Source: Candidatus Methylomirabilia bacterium
Lineage (GTDB): Bacteria; Methylomirabilota; Methylomirabilia; Rokubacteriales; CSP1-6
Assembly (NCBI GenBank): GCA_041496385.1
Contig: JBGQEL010000002.1
Location: 32,001 to 96,000, forward strand
DNA length: 64,000 nt
Reading direction: 5' to 3'
Positions 43,049-53,107 of this stretch are shown piece by piece. The first letter of the stretch is position 1. Every line of letters begins with the position of its first letter. The notes beneath the pieces were generated by a model. The model was given only the letters and a program-made list of their open reading frames with translations, was not told where the DNA came from and did not search any database. A program made the position numbers and the translations under genes.

Positions 43049-43824
43049 AGCTCGCAGACCGGATCGCCGTCGTCACGGGCGCCGCCAAGGGCATGGGCCG
43101 GGACATCTGCCTGGCACTCGCGGGCGAGGGCGCGCATCTGGCACTCGCCGCCCGCGAGGCGGGGCCGCTCGAGGCGCTCGCGCGCGAGGTGGAGGCGCTC
43201 GGTCGCCGGGCGCTCGCCATTCCGACGGACGTCACCGACGAGCCCGCGGTCGAGCGCCTGGTCGCGCGCGCGCGTGAGACCTTCGGGCGCCTCGACATCC
43301 TGGTCAACGCGGCCGGCATCACCGGGCCCATCGAGACCCCGGTGTGGGAGATCAAGGCCGACGACTTCGACCACGTCATCGCGGTGAACCTGCGCGGCAC
43401 GTTCCTCCCGACCAAGCACGTGCTGCCGATCATGATCCAGCAGCGCTACGGCAAGATCGTGAACATCAGCGGCACCTCGGGGCTCCGGGGCTACAAGTAC
43501 CGGGCGGCCTACTCGTCGTCCAAGTGGGCGCTGCGCGGTTTCACGCGCACCGTGGCGCTCGAGGTGGGCCGGTACAACATCAACGTCAACGCGCTGCACC
43601 CCGGCATCGTCGCCGGCGACCGCATGGACAAGCTCTGCCGCGAGAAGGCGAAGACGCGCGGCTGGACGCCCGAGCGCGTGTACCAGGAGTACGTGGACGA
43701 GATGGCGCTCCGGCGCGTCACGACGTCGCGGGACATCGCCAACGCGGCGATCTTCCTCGCCTCCGACGACTCGTCGAACATGACGGGGCAATCGGTGACG
43801 GTCGACGGCGGCTGGGACGTCTAG
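43045..43824 (+). CDS. Short-chain dehydrogenase/reductase
   Basis: TGAAKGMG, LVNAAG, YSSSK, VDGG; ATGA overlap. Confidence 0.93.
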   Translation: MKLADRIAVVTGAAKGMGRDICLALAGEGAHLALAAREAGPLEALAREVEALGRRALAIPTDVTDEPAVERLVARARETFGRLDILVNAAGITGPIETPVWEIKADDFDHVIAVNLRGTFLPTKHVLPIMIQQRYGKIVNISGTSGLRGYKYRAAYSSSKWALRGFTRTVALEVGRYNINVNALHPGIVAGDRMDKLCREKAKTRGWTPERVYQEYVDEMALRRVTTSRDIANAAIFLASDDSSNMTGQSVTVDGGWDV

Positions 43825-43863
43825 CGGTCGGCGACGCGAACGAGGCTCGAGAGGCCATAAGGC

Positions 43864-44112
43864 ATGGACGATAGCGAGGAGATCCGCCAGCTGTTGCGCG
43901 ACATCCGGGACGCGCAACGCGAGCAGCTGGCCGAATACCGACAGGTCACGCAACGCTCGCTGGAGCTCCAGCAGCGTGCCGTCGCGCGCCAGGAGCAGGT
44001 CGGCCGCTTCATGCGACGCATCCTCCTCGCCGGAGGCGTCCTCGTGGCGGCGCTGCTTGTCTTGCTCGTCTACCTGCTCGTACGCTGGTCGAAATATCTC
44101 TTCGGCGTCTAG
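43864..44112 (+). CDS. Small hypothetical coiled-coil protein with C-terminal TM helix
   Basis: 82-aa ORF filling the gap; heptad-like N-terminus, hydrophobic C-terminus; more A/T-ending codons than neighbours. Confidence 0.7.
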   Translation: MDDSEEIRQLLRDIRDAQREQLAEYRQVTQRSLELQQRAVARQEQVGRFMRRILLAGGVLVAALLVLLVYLLVRWSKYLFGV

Positions 44113-44120
44113 AGAACATC

Positions 44121-46406
44121 ATGGCCTATCGCGTGATCGGCGGGAGCCAGACGCGGGCGGACGCGTGGGAGAAGGTGCGCGGCCGGCCGATCTACGCCGG
44201 CGACCTGGCGCTGGCCGGCATGCTCCACGCCCGGATCGTCCGGAGCCCGTACGCGTCGGCCCGCATCGTACGCCTCGACACACGGGCCGCGCTGTCGCTC
44301 CCGGGCGTTGCGGCGGTGCTCACGGCGCAGGACGTGCCGCGCAACGAGCTGCGCATGGAGCTGCCCGGGCGGATGGCCGAGGCCACCGCGGGCGCCGTGC
44401 TGGCCACGCAGCCCGTCCTCGCCGCCGACCGCGTGCGCTTCCAGGGCGAGCCCGTCGCGGCGATCGCGGCCGAGACGCCCGAGATCGCGGCCCAGGCCGC
44501 CGACCTCGTCGAGGTGGAGTACGAGGAGCTGCCGGGCGTGTACGACCCGCTCGCCGCGCTCGCCCCCGGCGCGCCCGAGGTTCACGAGGGTGGCAACGTG
44601 CTCCGCCGCTGGCACCTCCGCTCGGGCGACGTCGCTCAGGGCTTCGGGCGCGCCGACGCCATCGTCGAGCACACCTACCGCACGCCGTTCGTCGATCACG
44701 TTTACCTGGAGACCGAGACCGGGCTCGGCTGGATCGACGCCGAGGGCGTGCTGGTCCTCCGCGTGAGCACGCAGGTGCTCGAGCACTTCCGGGACGTGGC
44801 CGAGATTCTCCGGCTGCCCCACGGGCGCGTGCGACTGGAGGGCACCTACGTCGGCGGCGGCTTCGGCGGCAAGGAAGACGTCACCGTCGAGTGCCTCCTG
44901 GGCCTGCTCGTCTGGACGACGCGCCGGCCCGTGCAGCTCGTCTTCTCGCGCGAGGAGTCCTTCATCGGCCACGGCAAGCGCCACCCGTACGTGATGCGCT
45001 ATCGCACCGGCGCCACGCGCGACGGCACGCTCACGGCGCTCGAGGCCGAGCTCGTCTCCGACTCCGGCGCCTACGCGGCGCTCTCACCGTGGGTGCTGCT
45101 CTACAGCCTGGTGACGGCGACCGGGCCGTATCGCGTGCCGCACGTCAGGGTCGACGCGACCACCGTCTACACGAACAACCCCGTCGCGAGCGCGTACCGG
45201 TGCTTCGGCTCGATCCAGACCTGCCTCGCCTACGAGGGCCAGATGGATGCCCTCGCGGCGGCGCTCGGCATGGACGCGCTCGCGCTGCGCGAGAAGAACT
45301 TTCTCCGCAAGGGCGACGCGCTCGCGACCGGCCAGGTGCTCGAGACCGAGCCGCGGCTCGCGGAGACCCTGCGCCGCGCGTGGGCCGGGCTCGGTGAGCC
45401 GCGGTCATCCGGCCGTCCGATTCGCGTCGGCCGCGCCGTCGCCGCCTCGTTCACGCCCTACGGTCGCATGTGCTGGACGCGCGACTCGGCGAGCGCCTGG
45501 ATCGGCATGGAGCTGGACGGCACCGCCGTCGTCCGCTGCGCCGCGCCCGACGTCGGCGGCGGCCAGACTTCGTCGCTCTGCGCGATCACCGCCGAGGTGC
45601 TGGGCCTGGACCTCGAGCACGTGACCGCCGTGGGGCGCGACAGCCATTTCACGCCGCGCGCCGGCACGACGACGGCCACGCGTCAGCTCCTGATGTCTGG
45701 CAACGCCGTGCTCAACGCCGCGCGCGAGGTCCGCCGCCACCTGGTGGCGGCCGCGGCGACCCTGCTGGAGGCCGCGCCCGGCGACGTCGAGCTGGCCGAC
45801 GGCCGGGCGTTCGTCAGGGGCGCGCCGGGCCGCGCGCTCACGATGGCGAGTGTGGTGAAGGCGGCGATCGCAGAGGGCCGGCCCGTCCAGGCGCTGGAGA
45901 AGTACGACGCGCCCTCGGCACCGACGATCGACCCCCTCACCGGGCAGGGCAAGGCGTTCAACGACTACACGTTCGGCACGCACGCGATCGAGATGGAGAT
46001 CGACGAGGAGACCGGCCGATCGCGCGTGAGCCGGCTCGTGGCGTGCTTCGACGCCGGCCGCGTCATCAACCGCGCGAGCGCCGAGGGCCAGCTCGAGGGC
46101 GGCGCCGTCCAGGGGCTCGGCTACGCGCTCATGGAGGAGATCGCGCTCGAGAACGGCGTGAGCAAGAACCCGCACCTGGCCGACTACCGCATCCCGACCA
46201 CGCTCGACGTCCCCGAGATCCAGACCGTGCTGCTCGAGTCCGGCGACGGCCTGGGGCCGTTCGGCGCCAAGGGCCTCGGCGAGCCGGCCATGACGCCGAG
46301 CATCGCCGCCGTCGCCAACGCCGTGTCGGCCGCGGTGGGGGTCCGCATGACGGAGCTGCCGATCACATCCGAGCGCGTGCGCGTCGCGCTCCGCTCGAGG
46401 ACGTAG
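44121..46406 (+). CDS. Xanthine dehydrogenase-family molybdopterin-binding large subunit
   Basis: RSPYASA, STQ, VGGGFGGK, GKRHP, AYRCFG, EGQLEGG, GAKGLGE. Confidence 0.93.
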   Translation: MAYRVIGGSQTRADAWEKVRGRPIYAGDLALAGMLHARIVRSPYASARIVRLDTRAALSLPGVAAVLTAQDVPRNELRMELPGRMAEATAGAVLATQPVLAADRVRFQGEPVAAIAAETPEIAAQAADLVEVEYEELPGVYDPLAALAPGAPEVHEGGNVLRRWHLRSGDVAQGFGRADAIVEHTYRTPFVDHVYLETETGLGWIDAEGVLVLRVSTQVLEHFRDVAEILRLPHGRVRLEGTYVGGGFGGKEDVTVECLLGLLVWTTRRPVQLVFSREESFIGHGKRHPYVMRYRTGATRDGTLTALEAELVSDSGAYAALSPWVLLYSLVTATGPYRVPHVRVDATTVYTNNPVASAYRCFGSIQTCLAYEGQMDALAAALGMDALALREKNFLRKGDALATGQVLETEPRLAETLRRAWAGLGEPRSSGRPIRVGRAVAASFTPYGRMCWTRDSASAWIGMELDGTAVVRCAAPDVGGGQTSSLCAITAEVLGLDLEHVTAVGRDSHFTPRAGTTTATRQLLMSGNAVLNAAREVRRHLVAAAATLLEAAPGDVELADGRAFVRGAPGRALTMASVVKAAIAEGRPVQALEKYDAPSAPTIDPLTGQGKAFNDYTFGTHAIEMEIDEETGRSRVSRLVACFDAGRVINRASAEGQLEGGAVQGLGYALMEEIALENGVSKNPHLADYRIPTTLDVPEIQTVLLESGDGLGPFGAKGLGEPAMTPSIAAVANAVSAAVGVRMTELPITSERVRVALRSRT

Positions 46407-46409
46407 CCC

Positions 46410-46865
46410 GTGCCGGTCTTCGAGGAAGAGTTCACCGTGAACGGAGCGCAGGAGGCCGTGTGGGATTTTCTCCTCGATCCCGAGCGCCTGGCGCCCTGCC
46501 TCCCCGGCTGCGAGAGCCTCGAGGTGGAGGACGCGACGACCTATCGGGTCCGCCTCACCGTGAAGGTCGGGCTCCTCTCGACCACGCAGAACCTACGGAT
46601 CACCATCACGGAAGCCGATCGCCCGCGTCACCTGGTGTCGATCGGACGGGGCGAAGACCGGAAGCTCGCCAGTCAGGTCGAAGTGCACAGCACGCTCGAT
46701 CTGGTACCGGCCTCCGCGACCGCCACCCGCGTGCGCTACCGCAGCGAGGTCCGGGTGCTCGGGCGGCTCGGCGCGGTCGGTGACGCGGTCATGAGGGTCA
46801 AGGCCAGGCAGCTCTCCGGCGACTTCGCCGCCAACGTGCGCGCGGCGCTCGAGCGGCCGGCGTGA
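46410..46865 (+). CDS. CoxG-like SRPBCC protein
   Basis: VWDFLLDPERLAPCLPG and GRLG motifs. Confidence 0.88.
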   Translation: MPVFEEEFTVNGAQEAVWDFLLDPERLAPCLPGCESLEVEDATTYRVRLTVKVGLLSTTQNLRITITEADRPRHLVSIGRGEDRKLASQVEVHSTLDLVPASATATRVRYRSEVRVLGRLGAVGDAVMRVKARQLSGDFAANVRAALERPA

Positions 46866-47323
46866 CGCTGACACTGACCCTCAACGGGCGCCCCTGCACC
46901 ACCGAGGCGCCGCCCCACTGGACCGTGCTCGATCTGTTGCGTGACGGGTTCCACCTGATGGGCACCAAGTACGGATGCGGTGAGGGCGTGTGCGGCACGT
47001 GCACCGTGCTGGCCGACGGCCGGCCGATCCGCGCCTGCCTCGTGCTCGCCGCGCACGTGCGGGGGCGAACGCTCGTGACCGTCGAGGGGCTCGAGCGCGA
47101 CGGGCGGCTCGACCCGCTGCAGAGGGCGTTCGCCGAGCGCGGCGCGGCGCAGTGCGGGTTCTGCACGCCGGGCATGCTGCTGGCCGCGAGGGCGTTGCTC
47201 GACGAGACGCCGGCGCCGACGGCGGACGAGATCCGCGAGGCGCTCGCGGGCAACCTCTGCCGCTGCACCGGCTACACGAAGATCGTCGAGGCCGTGCGGG
47301 TCGCGGCGCCCGGGACGAGCTGA
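46862..47323 (+). CDS. (2Fe-2S)-binding small subunit of Mo-hydroxylase
   Basis: GCGEGVCGTC, QCGFCTPG, GNLCRCTGY. Confidence 0.95.
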   Translation: MTLTLTLNGRPCTTEAPPHWTVLDLLRDGFHLMGTKYGCGEGVCGTCTVLADGRPIRACLVLAAHVRGRTLVTVEGLERDGRLDPLQRAFAERGAAQCGFCTPGMLLAARALLDETPAPTADEIREALAGNLCRCTGYTKIVEAVRVAAPGTS

Positions 47324-47325
47324 GC

Positions 47326-48234
47326 GTGCGCCTCCACCCCTTCGACCTCGTCGAGCCAGAGACGCTGACGGGGGCGCTCGACGCGCTCGCACGGCTCGAC
47401 GGGGAGGCGCGGCTGGTCGCCGGCGGCACCGCGCTCGTGCCGATGATCCGTCTCGGCCTCGTGAAGCCCGACCGTCTGATCTCGCTGCATCGGCTGCCCG
47501 CGCTCGCCGAGATCCGGGCCGACGGCGCGACGCTGGAGCTCGGCGCGATGGCACGGCTCGCCGACATTCACCGTGCACCTGTCGTGCGCGAGGGCTGGCC
47601 GCTCCTCGCCGAGGCGGCGCGCCGCGTAGCCAGCCCGGCGATCCGGTCGTCGGGAACCATCGGCGGCAACGTCTGCTACGCCGAGGCCGCGTCGGATCCG
47701 GCGCCGGCGCTCCTGTGTCTCGAGGCCGAGGTCAGCGTCGCCGGTCCCGACGGCGGCCGGGCGGTGCCCATCACCCGTTTCTTCCGCGGCTTCTACGAGG
47801 CGGCGATCGAGCCGGGCGAGATCGTGACCGCGCTTCGCGTTCCGCCGACGCCGGCGGGCGCGCGGAGCGGCTACGTGAAGTACACGTCACGCTCGGCGGA
47901 GGACCGGCCGCTGGTCGGCGTCGCCGCCCTCGTCGTCGTGGACGCGGCCGGGCGCTGCGTGGACGCGCGGATCGGCCTCGGCGGCGTCGCGCCGACGCCG
48001 ATCCGCGCCCCGCGGGCGGAGGCCGTTCTCCGCGGGGAGGCCCTCGGCGACGCGGCCGTGCGCGCGGCCGCGGAGGCCGCGGCGGGTGAGGCCGAGCCGC
48101 TCTCCGACCTCATGGGCAGCGCGGACTACCGCCGCGAGATGATCCGGGTCTGGGTGCGTCGTCTGCTGGTAGGCCTGCGCGACGGCGGAGGCCGACCGGC
48201 GGCTCAGATCCTCGAACGCCGGCCCGCCCAGTAG
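47326..48234 (+). CDS. FAD-binding medium subunit of Mo-hydroxylase
   Basis: AGGT, IRSSGTIGGN, SD, GSADYR; 3' end overlaps the convergent gene by 31 bp. Confidence 0.92.
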   Translation: MRLHPFDLVEPETLTGALDALARLDGEARLVAGGTALVPMIRLGLVKPDRLISLHRLPALAEIRADGATLELGAMARLADIHRAPVVREGWPLLAEAARRVASPAIRSSGTIGGNVCYAEAASDPAPALLCLEAEVSVAGPDGGRAVPITRFFRGFYEAAIEPGEIVTALRVPPTPAGARSGYVKYTSRSAEDRPLVGVAALVVVDAAGRCVDARIGLGGVAPTPIRAPRAEAVLRGEALGDAAVRAAAEAAAGEAEPLSDLMGSADYRREMIRVWVRRLLVGLRDGGGRPAAQILERRPAQ

Positions 48235-49730
48235 GGGTCGCGCAGCACGCGCTTGAGGAGCTTGCCGGCGGGGTCGCGCGGGAACTCCGCGTGGAAGGAC
48301 ACCTCGCGCGGTGCCTTGTAGTCGGCGACGTGCCGCCGCGCGAACGCGATCACGTCCTGCTCGTCGAGCCGGGCGCCGGGCCGCGGCTGGACCGCGGCGT
48401 GGACGCGCTCCCCCCAGTCGTCGTCGGGCACGCCGAAGACCGCGACGTCGTCGACGTCGGGGTGGCGGTGCAGCGCGTCCTCGACCTCGGCCGGGTAGAT
48501 GTTCACGCCGCCCGAGATGATCATGTCGCGCTTTCGGTCGCAGATATAGACGAAGCCCTCGCCGTCGATCCAGGCCACGTCACCGACCGACGCCCACTCG
48601 CCGCGCTGCGTGTCCTGCGTGGCCGCGGTGTCCTTGTAGTAGCCGTCGAACATGCCGGCGAAGCGCCGCACGTAGAGCTCGCCGGGCGTGCCCGGCGCAA
48701 CCGCCCGGCCCTCGTCGTCGAGGATCGCGAGCTCGATGCCGGGCGCGGCGCGCCCGCACGAGCCGGGCTTCCTGAGCATGTCCTCCGGGCGCAGAACCGT
48801 GTTGATCCCGAGCTCCGTCGACCCGTAGAACTCGTAGAGGACGGGTCCGAAGTAGCGGAGCGCCTCCTCCTTCACGCGCGCCGGGCACGGGGCGGCGGCG
48901 ATGACCAGCGCGCGCATCGACGACACGTCGTAGCGCGCCCGCACGCGCTCGGGCAGGTCGACGATCCGCTTCACGAGCGTCGGCGCCATGAAGGTCGAGG
49001 TGCAGCGGTGGCGCGCGATCGTCCGGAGCGCCTCCTCCGGGTCGAACTTCCGCATCAGCACGACGCTGCCGCCGAAGACCAGCGCGTAGAGGGCGAAGCT
49101 GCCGGGTGCCGAGTGGTAGAGCGGGCCCGCCACGAGGTGCACGTGCGGCTCGGCGAGCCCGAAGGCCTCCAGGAACCGGCGGATGAGGGCCGCATCCGCG
49201 CCCGACCGGAGCGCGCCCTTCGGACGCCCGGTCGTGCCGCCGGTGTAGATCATCGAGCCGCCGAGCCCCTGGGCCGGATCGGCGGGGATCGGCGTCCCGT
49301 CGCCCTTCGCGATCAGGTCGTCCATGGACGCGGCCCACGGCGCCCGCTCGCGCTCGGCGAGGATCCACGTCCGCACCTGCGCCGCGCCGGGCCGGACCTG
49401 CTCGGCCACGGGGAGAAACTGGTCGCCGACGAACACGGCGCGCGCGTCGGAGTGGTCGAGGATGTAGGCGACCTCGTCGGCGACGAGGCGATGATTCATC
49501 GGCACCGGAATCGCGCCCGCCGCGCGCACGGCTGCGGAGGCGACGAGCGCCTCGAGGGAGTTCGGGACCCAGACGATGGCGTGCTCGCCCTTGCCCAGGC
49601 CGAGCCCGCGGAGCGCGTTCGCCAGGCGGTTGCGCCGGTCCACGAAGGCGCGCCACGTGAGGTCCCGGGCGCCCTCGATGAGCGCGAGGGCGTCGGGCGT
49701 CCGCTCCGCGTGCGCCGCGAGGACGTCCAC
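48204..49730 (-). CDS. AMP-binding acyl-CoA synthetase
   Basis: YTGGTTGRPKG, FYGSTE, GD, DRKRDMIISGGVNIYP, GKLLK. Confidence 0.93.
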   Translation of the reverse strand: MDVLAAHAERTPDALALIEGARDLTWRAFVDRRNRLANALRGLGLGKGEHAIVWVPNSLEALVASAAVRAAGAIPVPMNHRLVADEVAYILDHSDARAVFVGDQFLPVAEQVRPGAAQVRTWILAERERAPWAASMDDLIAKGDGTPIPADPAQGLGGSMIYTGGTTGRPKGALRSGADAALIRRFLEAFGLAEPHVHLVAGPLYHSAPGSFALYALVFGGSVVLMRKFDPEEALRTIARHRCTSTFMAPTLVKRIVDLPERVRARYDVSSMRALVIAAAPCPARVKEEALRYFGPVLYEFYGSTELGINTVLRPEDMLRKPGSCGRAAPGIELAILDDEGRAVAPGTPGELYVRRFAGMFDGYYKDTAATQDTQRGEWASVGDVAWIDGEGFVYICDRKRDMIISGGVNIYPAEVEDALHRHPDVDDVAVFGVPDDDWGERVHAAVQPRPGARLDEQDVIAFARRHVADYKAPREVSFHAEFPRDPAGKLLKRVLRDPYWAGRRSRI

Positions 49731-49731
49731 G

Positions 49732-50529
49732 CTAGCGCGGCAAGAAGGAGCGCGTGGCCTCGAGTGCCTCGCGGGCGACCGCGTCCGCGGGGCGCGCCCA
49801 GGCGGCGGGGTTCGGCGCCTCGTAGCTGAGAAATCCTTCGTAGCCCTTCGCCGCCAGGGCCGCGAAGAACTCCTTGAAGGGCACGACCCCGGCGCCGGGC
49901 GGCAGGCGGTTGAGGACCTGGCCGGGCACCAGACCGCTCCGTGGCACGTCGCTGAACTGCACGTAGGCGACCTCGTCGAGGGGCACCGTCTCGACGTCGC
50001 GCACCTCCGCCCCGCTCCGCCAGAGGTGATAGGTGTCGAGCAGGAGGCCGCAGCGCGGGTGGGCCGCCGTCGTGAGCACCTCGCGGATCGCCTCGAGCGT
50101 GTTGAGCTGCTCGGCCTGCGAGTTGAACTCCACGGCCAGCCGGACCCCGTGCGTCGCGGCGACGTCGCCGACCTCGCGCACGCTCGCCGCCGCCCGGCGG
50201 ACGTCGCCCCGCCCCTTGTCCACCGGGCTCATCACGGTGGCGCAGCCGAGCGCGGCGGCGCGGCCGCACTGCTCGTCGAACACCGAGAGCAGCCGGCGAC
50301 GCTCGTCGCCCTCGGCCCACATCCAGCCGAACTCCACGCCGACGCAGGCGACGGGCAGGCCGCTCGCCTTCACGAGCGCGAGCACGTCGGCGGGCGGCCG
50401 CCCCTGCTCGGCGGCGCGATTGAAATCGAGGCGGCGCAGCTCGACGCCGTCCCAGCCGGCCTGGCGCGCGAGGCGCAGCACGTCGGCCAGCGGGGTCGTG
50501 TCGAGCGTCCAGGTGTGGAGCGCGAGCAC
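49732..50529 (-). CDS. Sugar phosphate isomerase/epimerase (AP endonuclease 2 TIM barrel)
   Basis: GWDGVEL, LAVEF, LLDTYH, RLPPGAG, LSYE. Confidence 0.88.
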   Translation of the reverse strand: MLALHTWTLDTTPLADVLRLARQAGWDGVELRRLDFNRAAEQGRPPADVLALVKASGLPVACVGVEFGWMWAEGDERRRLLSVFDEQCGRAAALGCATVMSPVDKGRGDVRRAAASVREVGDVAATHGVRLAVEFNSQAEQLNTLEAIREVLTTAAHPRCGLLLDTYHLWRSGAEVRDVETVPLDEVAYVQFSDVPRSGLVPGQVLNRLPPGAGVVPFKEFFAALAAKGYEGFLSYEAPNPAAWARPADAVAREALEATRSFLPR

Positions 50530-50533
50530 CGCC

Positions 50534-51316
50534 TCAGACCGCCGCGGACAGCCCGCCGTCGAAGTTGATGGCGGTCCCCGTGATGTAGGCCGCGCGCGCC
50601 GAGCAGAGGAACGCCACGAGGTCGGCGAATTCGTGCGCCTCGCCGAACCGGCCGAGCGGCACCCGCCGCTTCTCGGCCATCTCGCGGTAGAAGGCCTCGG
50701 GGTCGCCCGTCATCCGACGCTCCCACTGGCCGCTCTTCACGACGCCGAGGCAGACCGTGTTCACGCAGATCCGGTCGGCCGCGTACTCATTGGCGAGCGA
50801 CTTCGTGAGGTTGATGCCGGCCGCGCGCGTCACGCTCGTCGGCAGCGACCGCGCCGCGGGCGCCTTGCCGCCCACCGTCGTGACGTTGACGATCCGCCCG
50901 CCGCCGCGCCGCTTCATGTGCGGGATCACGAGCCGGCAGAACCTGATCGCGGCCATGAGCTTCAGCTCGATGTCCGTCTGCCACGTCGCGTCGTCGACCT
51001 GCTCGAAGGCGCCCGCCGAGGAGGTGCCGGCGTTGTTCACCAGGACGTCCACGCCGCCCCAGCGCGCGAGGGTCGCGGCCACGAAGGCCTCGACCTGCTC
51101 GGGCCGGGTCACGTCGGTCGGCATGGCGAGCACGTCGGCGCCGGTCTCGCGCCTTACCTGGTCCGCGACGCGCTCGAGCAGCTCCTTGCGCCGCGCGCAG
51201 ATCGCGAGGCGCGCGCCCGAGCGCGCGAAGCGCTCGACGCAGGCGCGGCCGAGCCCGTCGTTGCCACCCGTGACGATCACGATCTTGTCCTTGAGGCCGA
51301 GCTCCATGGTATCCAT
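50534..51316 (-). CDS. Short-chain dehydrogenase/reductase (atypical; no YxxxK)
   Basis: TGGNDGLG, LVNNAG, TSVTR at the YxxxK position, FDGG; start may be 51307. Confidence 0.88.
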   Translation of the reverse strand: MDTMELGLKDKIVIVTGGNDGLGRACVERFARSGARLAICARRKELLERVADQVRRETGADVLAMPTDVTRPEQVEAFVAATLARWGGVDVLVNNAGTSSAGAFEQVDDATWQTDIELKLMAAIRFCRLVIPHMKRRGGGRIVNVTTVGGKAPAARSLPTSVTRAAGINLTKSLANEYAADRICVNTVCLGVVKSGQWERRMTGDPEAFYREMAEKRRVPLGRFGEAHEFADLVAFLCSARAAYITGTAINFDGGLSAAV

Positions 51317-51359
51317 GGCCCCCGAAGATATCACCGACGGCCGCCCTGGTGTAGCCGTG

Positions 51360-52094
51360 TCAGGACGGGCCGAGGCGGCCGAGGATCGGGAGCTTGAGCG
51401 CGGGGCTCTTCACGTCGAGGCCGAAGGTGAGCGTGAAGATGTTCAGCTCGATGCCCTCCTCCACGCCGAGCGCCACGCCGCCGAGGCCGAAGAGCGAGAG
51501 CTGGACGCCGGTGCCGCTCGGCGTCGGGCCAGCGAGCGCGCCGCCCGCGAGGTAGTCCTTGCCGATGGCGGTCGGCGGGAGCTTGAGCCGGAGCTCCGGC
51601 ACCTGCCGGCCGACCCACGCCGTGAACGTGTTGCTGTTGGGCCCGGGCCAGGTGCGGTAGCTCGACGGGTAGGGATAGGCGGCGACGGCCGCCTCGACCT
51701 TGGTAACGATCCCCTCCACGCCCGCGCCGCGCAGGTCGACGAGCTTCTCCGGCCGGGCGCCGAACCAGTGGTTGTCGGGACCCGCGCGGTTCACGCGGAC
51801 CGCGGGCGCGCCGCGGTCCACACCCCAGCCGATCACCTCGTACCGCGTGTAGGCCAGGGCCTCGGACGGCTTCACGGCGATCCAGGTGTGCACGGCGAAG
51901 ACGCCGCGCCAGCTCACCGCGCGCGCGGCGTAGACCTGCACGACCGCCTCGGGCGTGAACGCCGCGTCGGGCGCCTGGCCCGAGGGGCCCCGCTCGAGCT
52001 CCCACCAGTCGCTCCGGGCCCGCGAGATCACGGCGCAGCCGACGGACGCCGGCAGCGCGAGCGCCAGCAGCCAGCGCGCGGTGCGCCGGCTCAC
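51360..52094 (-). CDS. DUF3750-domain protein
   Basis: WRGVFAVHTWI, YTRYEVIGWG, YRTWPGPNSNTF, LPPTAIGKDY; N-terminal hydrophobic/lipobox-like segment. Confidence 0.8.
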   Translation of the reverse strand: MSRRTARWLLALALPASVGCAVISRARSDWWELERGPSGQAPDAAFTPEAVVQVYAARAVSWRGVFAVHTWIAVKPSEALAYTRYEVIGWGVDRGAPAVRVNRAGPDNHWFGARPEKLVDLRGAGVEGIVTKVEAAVAAYPYPSSYRTWPGPNSNTFTAWVGRQVPELRLKLPPTAIGKDYLAGGALAGPTPSGTGVQLSLFGLGGVALGVEEGIELNIFTLTFGLDVKSPALKLPILGRLGPS

Positions 52095-53107
52095 CCCCCC
52101 AGCTCCTTCCTGACGATGCGCGCGCCCTCGACGAGCGCCGCGAGCTTCTGCCGCACCACCCAGCGCGGGGTCTCCCAGAAACCGCAGTCCGGGTTGAGCC
52201 AGAGCTTGTCGGGCGCGACGTGCTTCAGCGCGGCGCGGATCCGCTCGGCGACCTCGGCGGCCGTCTCCGCCTTGAACGCCTTCACGTCGATCACGCCTGC
52301 GCCCAGCTCCTTGTCGGTCGGGAACTCCCGCCAGAGCCGCAGGTCGTCCGCGCCGCGGTTGGCGTACTCGAGCACGATCTGCGACGCGTGGAGGCCCGCG
52401 AGCGCCGGGTACAGGTTGCGGAAGTCGCGCACCGCGGCGAACGGCCGGCCGTAGAGGTTGCCGAAGCAGACGTGCACGGCGATCTTCGCGCCCACGCCCT
52501 CGACGGCGCGGTTGATGCCCTGGTCGAAGCGCGGCGCCGAGCCCGCGTACATGCCACCGTGGGGCTCGTCGATCTGGATGAAGTCGCAGCCCGCGGCCTC
52601 GAGCGCGCGGCACTCGGCGTTGACGATCCCCACGAGGTCGGCCAGGAGCGTCTCCTTGTCGCGGTAGCCGCCGCCGAGCTTCAGCGGGACGAGGAGCGTG
52701 TACGGGCCCGGCACGGTCGCCTTCAGCGGCTTCGTCGTGAGCGCGCGCGCGAGCTTCCACTCCTCGACGACGCCGAGCCCCTCGGGCGCGGCGATCGGCT
52801 CGGTGACCTCGAAGGGCGTGTTCGTGTCCCAGAGCGGCTGGCCGAGCTTGCGCGGCGCCTCGAGCGTCCGGATGCCGGTGACGCGGTCGTAGAAGCCGAT
52901 GATGAAGCGCACGCGCATCATCTCGCCCGTCGTCAGCACGTCGACGCCCGCGCGCTCCTGATCGAGGAGCGCCGCCTGCGTGGCGTCCTCCATCAGCTCG
53001 CGCACGTCGAGCGCGCCCAGGCGCCCGGCCTCCATCGCCTCGCGGGCGAGCCACACCCAGCCGGGCAGCCCGTGGCTCCCCACCACCGACGTCGGCAGCA
53101 GCATCAC
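52091..53107 (-). CDS. Single-barrel cobalamin-independent methionine synthase II family protein
   Basis: TSVVGS, IQIDEP, Zn ligands HVC / LEY / NPDCG, GVIDVK; start may be ATG 53104. Confidence 0.88.
   Translation of the reverse strand: MMLLPTSVVGSHGLPGWVWLAREAMEAGRLGALDVRELMEDATQAALLDQERAGVDVLTTGEMMRVRFIIGFYDRVTGIRTLEAPRKLGQPLWDTNTPFEVTEPIAAPEGLGVVEEWKLARALTTKPLKATVPGPYTLLVPLKLGGGYRDKETLLADLVGIVNAECRALEAAGCDFIQIDEPHGGMYAGSAPRFDQGINRAVEGVGAKIAVHVCFGNLYGRPFAAVRDFRNLYPALAGLHASQIVLEYANRGADDLRLWREFPTDKELGAGVIDVKAFKAETAAEVAERIRAALKHVAPDKLWLNPDCGFWETPRWVVRQKLAALVEGARIVRKELGG

Noticed and set aside
52091..53107. Canonical folate-dependent metE, or a truncated pseudogene
   Set aside because: Intact single-barrel protein with Zn ligands and coupled start/stop; it belongs to the half-size family
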